A stretch of DNA of 41,726 nucleotides from Octopus bimaculoides (lineage: Eukaryota), in contig NC_068991.1 of the NCBI RefSeq assembly GCF_001194135.2, positions 79,998,168-80,039,893 on the forward strand, in the 5' to 3' direction. This document shows positions 35,471 through 41,726 of the stretch, piece after piece (positions within the stretch are counted from its first letter, which is position 1; every line of letters starts with the position of its first letter). A model generated the notes under the pieces. It was not told the origin of the DNA and searched no databases. It saw nothing but the letters and a program-made list of their open reading frames with translations. Made by a program: the position numbers and the translations under genes.

Positions 35471-35957
35471 TAGATTCGATCTATTAAACTTCTTTGTTAC
35501 AAATGTTAGAAAGGCGTCTATTTTAGAAATCAATACATTTATTCACCTTGCTGCGATAATTTATTTTGCTCTTGCTACTAATTTACAAATGGCCGCCATG
35601 AATGGTCGTCAAATTTGTATTTGCTCTCTTACACATTATATTGCCGTCGTCATTGTAGCCTTTATTGCAAGCCTCCTGCGTATGCTCACATCAACATACT
35701 ACACAGAAATGTTGGATAATTTGTCATAGTTTACCCACGCAAACTACATTTTTCTTATCCTTTTTGTAAGGTGACCAGTGAAACTGAAAGAAAGAAATCT
35801 TTTCACTTCACCAAAATAGTAAAAAGGAAATTTTCTTTATTTTTATTTTTCTCTGGTGTTTAACTTCAAAACATAAAACGTAAACAAAAGAAATTATAAC
35901 TTTTAGCGACTCATTTATTCGGGCGAAATAGCGGCGTCCCAAAACTAGCAATTTTAC

Positions 35958-36024
<67 letters not shown>

Positions 36025-36160
36025 CAGCAACAGTAGTAGCAGCAGCAACAGCCACAACAAAAATAATAATGATGATGATGACAACAATGACGACGACCAC
36101 GATGATGACGATAATGATGATTATGATGATGATGGTGGTGGTGGTGGTGGTGGTGGTGGT
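35958..36160. repeat. Compound trinucleotide microsatellite (GTA)n-(GCA/ACA)-(ATG/ACG)n-(GTG)n
   Basis: Directly visible. Confidence 0.95.
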
Positions 36161-36169
36161 TCCTTTTAT

Positions 36170-36780
36170 TAGCCACAAACGTTTAAATCAGAAAAGAAAG
36201 GAAAGGACGGTATTGCCAATTTTGAGAGAAGCTGCAAGTAAAAAGAAAAAAAAACTACGAAAAGCTGTAGAGCGCCGATTAGCGAAAATTAAAGTTGAGA
36301 ATATAAAATATGCAAATGACCTCATATACTGCGCAACATTCGTTGCTGTAGAAATTCATGGTGTTGAAAACCGAGCAGAAAACGGGACCAATGGAGCATA
36401 GTAAGAAAGGAGATTTGAGAAGCAAATTAAATAGCTCAGTAAAGGCCTTGAAAGGATAAAGATTGTAATTAAAATGAAGGAGAGACGTAAGAAAGAACAC
36501 CGCAGAAAATTAAAGACCGGACAGAAAGGGCTGGAGGCAGCAAAAGAAAAGGTGAGAGACAAACGAAAGCAGAATTGGATAAGCATTGCCAGATGCCAAG
36601 GAAAGGTAAATCCCAATAAGCACAAACAAGTGAAAGAAAATTTACTGATAACTGAAACAAGGAGAACAAACATCGGAAGAATGTTATTCCATATGCTGAA
36701 GCATTAAAGAGCTTTTGATCGGATATTTGGAACAGGGAGATTCAATGTAAGAGGACTCGTTAAGAAAATTTTAGAATGAG
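36170..36780 (+). mobile_element. R4/Dong-like LINE, N-terminal (pre-RT) fragment
   Basis: LPILRE..KIKVENI..ANDLIYCA, RRFEKQIK*L.KGL and NVIPYAEALKSF*SDIW remnants match the R4/Dong region upstream of the RT (NDLIYA..WWKRRLE..PDAEE..FWSDIW). Confidence 0.7.
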
Positions 36781-37920
36781 ATGAAAAATAAATCGAAAGA
36801 AGGAGGGGATGGGATGGGANNNNNNNNNNNNNNNNNNNNNNNNNNNNNNNNNNNNNNNNNNNNNNNNNNNNNNNNNNNNNNNNNNNNNNNNNNNNNNNNN
36901 NNNNNNNNNNNNNNNNNNNNNNNNNNNNNNNNNNNNNNNNNNNNNNNNNNNNNNNNNNNNNNNNNNNNNNNNNNNNNNNNNNNNNNNNNNNNNNNNNNNN
37001 NNNNNNNNNNNNNNNNNNNAGGGAGGGAGGGGAGGAGGAGGAGGATTATCATTGTTATTATTACTATTATCAATAGCTCCATGAAAAGCAATATGGTGAG
37101 AGTTTAACTTTAGTTTTGATAAAAAATATTCACTGAAGAAAAAAGAGAGAAGAAAACGACTGGAAGACATTAGAATCATAGCTCAAAAATTGAAAATAAA
37201 AATTACTTTATATTCTACAAAAGTAACAGAGCTAACATAAACGATTCTCCCCGAATAAAAATCCCGATGTTGAAAACAACCAGTAAATTTTCGTTGTGAA
37301 TATGGGTCTTTCAGAGATTCTAAGTCAAAGACACAAAATAAAAGAAATAATAAATAATGCCTGATGAAAAAAAGAAGAATCTTTTGAGAAATATTTGAAA
37401 ACATTCAATTGGAGAAAACATAAAAACCTAAAAGAGTCTTGAGAGCAAAATATAAAAGAGTAGATGGATTTAACAAGGACCACCATCATAAACATCTTGT
37501 ATGAAGATACAACACTCGTTGAACAAAAACAATATCAAAGAAAATAAAGGGTATTTATTATATCATAATCTAGTTGATGTTATTTGGTTCTGAAGAACGA
37601 CGATAACATTTCTTTCAATGAAAGATGTGCCCAAAGCTAGCAAGACTGTAACAAAACAAAATCAACTTTAAACAGAAAGAGAATCGACTGGAAACAGACA
37701 ATATAAGTGTAATCGAAATGTTGGAAATGGTAAGGAATCTTAGTCATGTTATTTTTTCAAATTTCATCGTCACTGGTAGAAACTGAAACATTTGTGTAAA
37801 TAATATCTTAAATGCAAACGCATGTGTATATCCATAACCGATTGACTTGTAAAAGCAGCAAAAGAAATCTTCCGTGTGAATGTATAGCTACACATTACCG
37901 ATTGGAGCGTAAACGTACTA

Positions 37921-38570
37921 TCAGGTCTTCCCATAAGTTCTGTCCGATTTTACTTTTTTTAAAATTGAATGAAATTTGATAGTATTTTAGAATGTGTAAT
38001 GGAATTAAAACTTATTTTTATGCATTTGTGTACATTGAAACTAATTAAATATCATTTTACAGAATAATAGAATTCAAATTTCTTTGATTAAAACCCTTTC
38101 TAACATGAAAGTATCCACAGAGCATTTGAGGCACATAATGCTTTATGAGTATAAAAAAAGGAAACTCTGCAGCCGAAGCGACTTGAAACATACACTCAGT
38201 TTATGGGAAAGAATGCTTGAATGAAAGAACTTGCAGAAGATGGTTTGCAAAGTTCAGAAGTGGAGATTCCAGCCTTGAAGATGAAGATCGAACAGGACGT
38301 CCAGTTGAATTTGATGATAAGCTCCTTGAGGCATTACTTGAAGAAAATCCTGCATTATCATTTGAAGAATTGGCAATAAACCTTAGTTCAAACCATACAA
38401 CTGTTCATCGTCATCTTCAACAATTTGGAAAGGTTCCTAAACTTGGAAAATGGGTGCTTCATGAATTGTCCGAAAGCAACCGCAAATCCCGAGTTGAAAT
38501 CTACTCTTCTCTCCATTCTCGCGAACTTATTTCAATCAGACCAAATCGGTTCAAGCGACAAATTTTCAGT
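37921..38570 (+). mobile_element. Mariner transposon 5' half with left TIR, decayed
   Basis: TA (37919-20), then TIR-like TCAGGTCTTCCCATAAGTTCTGTCCG. ATG at 38105 begins MKVSTEHLRHIMLYEYKK, then after a frameshift RTCRRWFAKFRSGDSSLEDEDRTGRP..KLGKWVLHEL (WVPHEL motif). Confidence 0.9.
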
Positions 38571-41500
38571 AATTTTGTTCAAACGTAGCTAGGATGCATT
38601 GTCTTCTCGTTTTTAAGACTGTGGGGTAAACTTTAAGGCAGATTTATTTGCCGTTTCTAGCAAGTTAATTAACTGCATCCAAAAAAAATGCGATATCTTT
38701 CAAGTCAACGTGACCCATATCTCTATAGATTAACCATTCGATTACTGAAGCTCATGATTGCAAGCTTACAACATTCACAATAAATTAATGAATCATTCAG
38801 TTTAATTACAAAACTAAACTGAACCTTTCGATAGTTCAATGTTTCGAAGATAAAAAATGAAAATTAGTAGTGTTGATCAGTATCATCAGAGTTAAACAGT
38901 GAAGTCGGGGCGAGTTCGTAAGAAATGAAGTCGGATATTTCTATTCTGATTCTTCGTTTGATGTGTAATAAGAGGCTTTTTTATTTAGGCCAATGAAAGT
39001 TAATTATTAAAGCGTCAGTGACAAAAATATTGATCATGGCTGCGTTGGTTGATAACACAAAAATCAAAACTTCGTCTGGTATGACTCAATATCAAGCAAA
39101 ATACTTTGTCTTGACTCTACAGAACATCGACTTTTTTCAGAGATTTCTGTAATTTATTTAATGGGTTAAATTGTTGGATTTGGGTGAATCACGCAGCCTA
39201 GTATTTAGAGAATTGAAATCAATAGCGAGCGGCTTGTTGTATCATCGAGTAAAGTGCTCCTTCGCGTTTCTCTAATCTGGTCAGATGAAATGAGTACCAA
39301 CATCCTAGTGTTGACACAGCCTTCCATCTGGTGAGAGATAAGTCTTATTTACTTAAAGGACTCAAGACATGTCTTTAAGTGCAACTAATAGTTTCATATG
39401 TTGAGAAGTAACTCAAACGTATTCATCAGACACAAACCACATATTGTAGCGCGCATGTGTATGTATGAACTGGTGCGCTTACGCGAATACTATGGACATT
39501 TTTACTCCCTCCCCTTATTTAGCAGCCATTCTAATAGCTCTTTTGTCTTAATAACGGTCAATCACACAGTAATTTCCCTTTGTTTAATGGTCATTTTCAT
39601 AGCATTTTTTCGATGGCCAGATAACTGAAGAGATGGCGGCGTGGGTTTCTGCCCTGATATCCAAAACTCGGAGCTTTATCATTGCTACTGAAAAATTGTC
39701 ACATATCATTTACAGATAAATTCCTCTATTTACATAATATCNNNNNNNNNNNNNNNNNNNNNNNNNNNNNNNNNNNNNNNNNNNNNNNNNNNNNNNNNNN
39801 NNNNNNNNNNNNNNNNNNNNNNNNNNNNNNNNNNNNNNNNNNNNNNNNNNNAAAAAGATCCAAATATATATTGAACACCACTCCTTCAGTGGAGGTCTTA
39901 TAGGTCTGTATATTTCGCCAACAACATCTGACCGGCGTTGAGATCTGTTAATTCTATTCAAACCTTCCTATGACCGCTGTGAGACATCATTAAACTTCTA
40001 TTGTTGAAATGCAAAGACATTGTATTGTATGTTCTCTGTATCTCCTAAAAAGAAATTATATGTTAATCTACTTAAGTCTTAAGAATGATAAACCACGCGT
40101 AAATACAAAACAATGATAATTATAATAAAGAAAATCAGAAAGTACTAAATTCGAATTTATTTCGACTTTTTGACTGCTGCGCGTTCCTCGTAAATGTCTA
40201 AACATTAAACACTTAATCGAAACGCTCTTGAAAGTTTATGATGCATTCGGTATGTTTACGGCGCCAAAACATTAGTGTAGTGAATGTAGATATTTAGTGA
40301 TAAAAGCTGACGTGAATCAATAAATAAATTCTAATACAACTTTATATGTTTTTGTTTTTCTATGTGTTGAAATTAATGGCTGAATATCATTGCAAACTTT
40401 GTTTACTCTGCTTACAAGAAATCTTAGTGTAACACTTACGTATTGTTTGTTCACAGTTTATATAGGCCGTTGGAGAAAACCATTTTGTTTAAAAGCTCGT
40501 CTTGACGTTTTCACTATTCTTTGGAAACTTTGCTATATCGATTTCAAATCTCCCTGTGATTACTAATTTTCTTCTATTCATATTTCTGATAAACTAAGAA
40601 CCGTTAATACTTGGCTGTTTTCCCCCCACCCCATCTTTTTTTTTTTTTGTATTTATAGAGAACTATTATTTTAAATGTGAAAAAATTGTGAAAAAGTTAC
40701 GTAATATTGTACAGGTCGTTTATCATCATTGTCATCAATCATTTTATATCCGGATTTTTTCTATGTGATACTCGAAATTTTACCCACCAACGAACCTCTT
40801 GATCCTTAAACAAACTGCTCGAAATGGCAGACAAATCTTCCTCAAATTACTCGCTCCAGTCCCAAAATGGTAAGTAAAGAGTTGTAAGACTGCGGTAAAG
40901 GATTATATTGAATGCAATACCCCAGTTAAGGACAGTGGTCATGGTTAGAACGTCGTTTACTAAATCAGGAATGATATGAGGTTAGATACCACCACCAACT
41001 ACTACTAGTTATTGCTGCTAGTGACAAGGCAGAATCGATATCTAAACTGCATTAAACTTTGGCAAGCTTACCTTTACCTATTCTGAGTTACTTGAAAGGT
41101 GATGGTCCCATCCCTCTCTTCTATTTGTTGGTACCTTTGTTTACCTACCAATGCGTTGTTTCATTTTAAGGATGCTTATTTACCCATCCATTATCATATT
41201 TCGACTGTTATCAATTGTTTCAAATACGTTTTAGCGTTGTCGTTCTAGTCTTTTTTAAACAATCACATATGATTCGTCCCAAAGAATCAACCTTTAAATA
41301 AGAGTTTTGCTTCCACAAGCGAAAGCTATAAACATCTTTCAGAAAGCTCCATACCAATTTAACGTTATGCAGCCCTCGCTGTTAGTTAATGCGCAGGCCA
41401 AGTGGGAAAACAGAATAAAGCGGCTTTTGTTAGTTTATCTCTTCTGCAAAATAGCTCCCTTTGCTGTTGAAAAAACTAAACTCGCAGAGGGGAAGTTTCA

Positions 41501-41726
41501 ACGTCTTCCTTCAATTTCTTTTCATTATTTATGTGACAATTTCTGACAAGAAATTTCGCTTTCTTGTAAAATAACTATCTACTCCAAGAACGCTTCAGTA
41601 GCTCTACTTTGCATCGTTTGCAAACTTATATGTTCTATGATCATTAAAGTGCAACGACCTCCACAATAACCAGCCTTTAATTTAATTTTCCGTTCCTAGT
41701 TTAATCCGAAACATAGATTGCCGCAC

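Noticed and set aside
37100-37560. Further LINE coding remnant
   Set aside because: Lys/Glu-rich frames hint at an R4-like N-terminal region, but I could not identify a diagnostic motif.
40860-40869. 10 nt microexon TCCCAAAATG with donor GTAAGT
   Set aside because: It appears to lie within a repeat-like segment, has a mediocre pyrimidine tract, and similar pairs occur by chance on the minus strand.
1-41726. ORF-track entries rich in VC, HT, YI, poly-I, poly-N, poly-H or X
   Set aside because: They are translations of microsatellites and N-gaps, not genes.

Overview
This is AT-rich animal genomic DNA with very dense microsatellites and 12 N-gaps. The repeat families suggest an octopus/cephalopod assembly (inference). 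No long intact protein-coding ORF is present, and nearly all ORF-track entries are microsatellite, gap or antisense-to-transposon artefacts. Most of the window is decayed mobile elements: three tRNA-derived SINE families, R4/Dong-like LINE fragments (RT, CCHC finger, restriction-like endonuclease), the 5' half of an L1/Tx1-like LINE (ORF1 plus APE endonuclease), an RTE-like 3' end, two Penelope-like fragments, three mariner fragments, a rearranged maT/DD37D-like Tc1-mariner element and a Helitron-like non-autonomous element. Four signals stand out. (1) Two copies of a ~240 bp repeat have a best-conserved 50 bp block that folds as a minimal type I hammerhead ribozyme. (2) Short + strand segments bounded by good splice sites join in compatible phases into a Cys-containing peptide, suggesting a microexon-rich host gene. 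(3) A 202 bp near-identical duplication carries one of those microexons. (4) The maT element carries an inverted copy of its own 5' end. All element assignments come from manual translation and motif recognition, not database searches.
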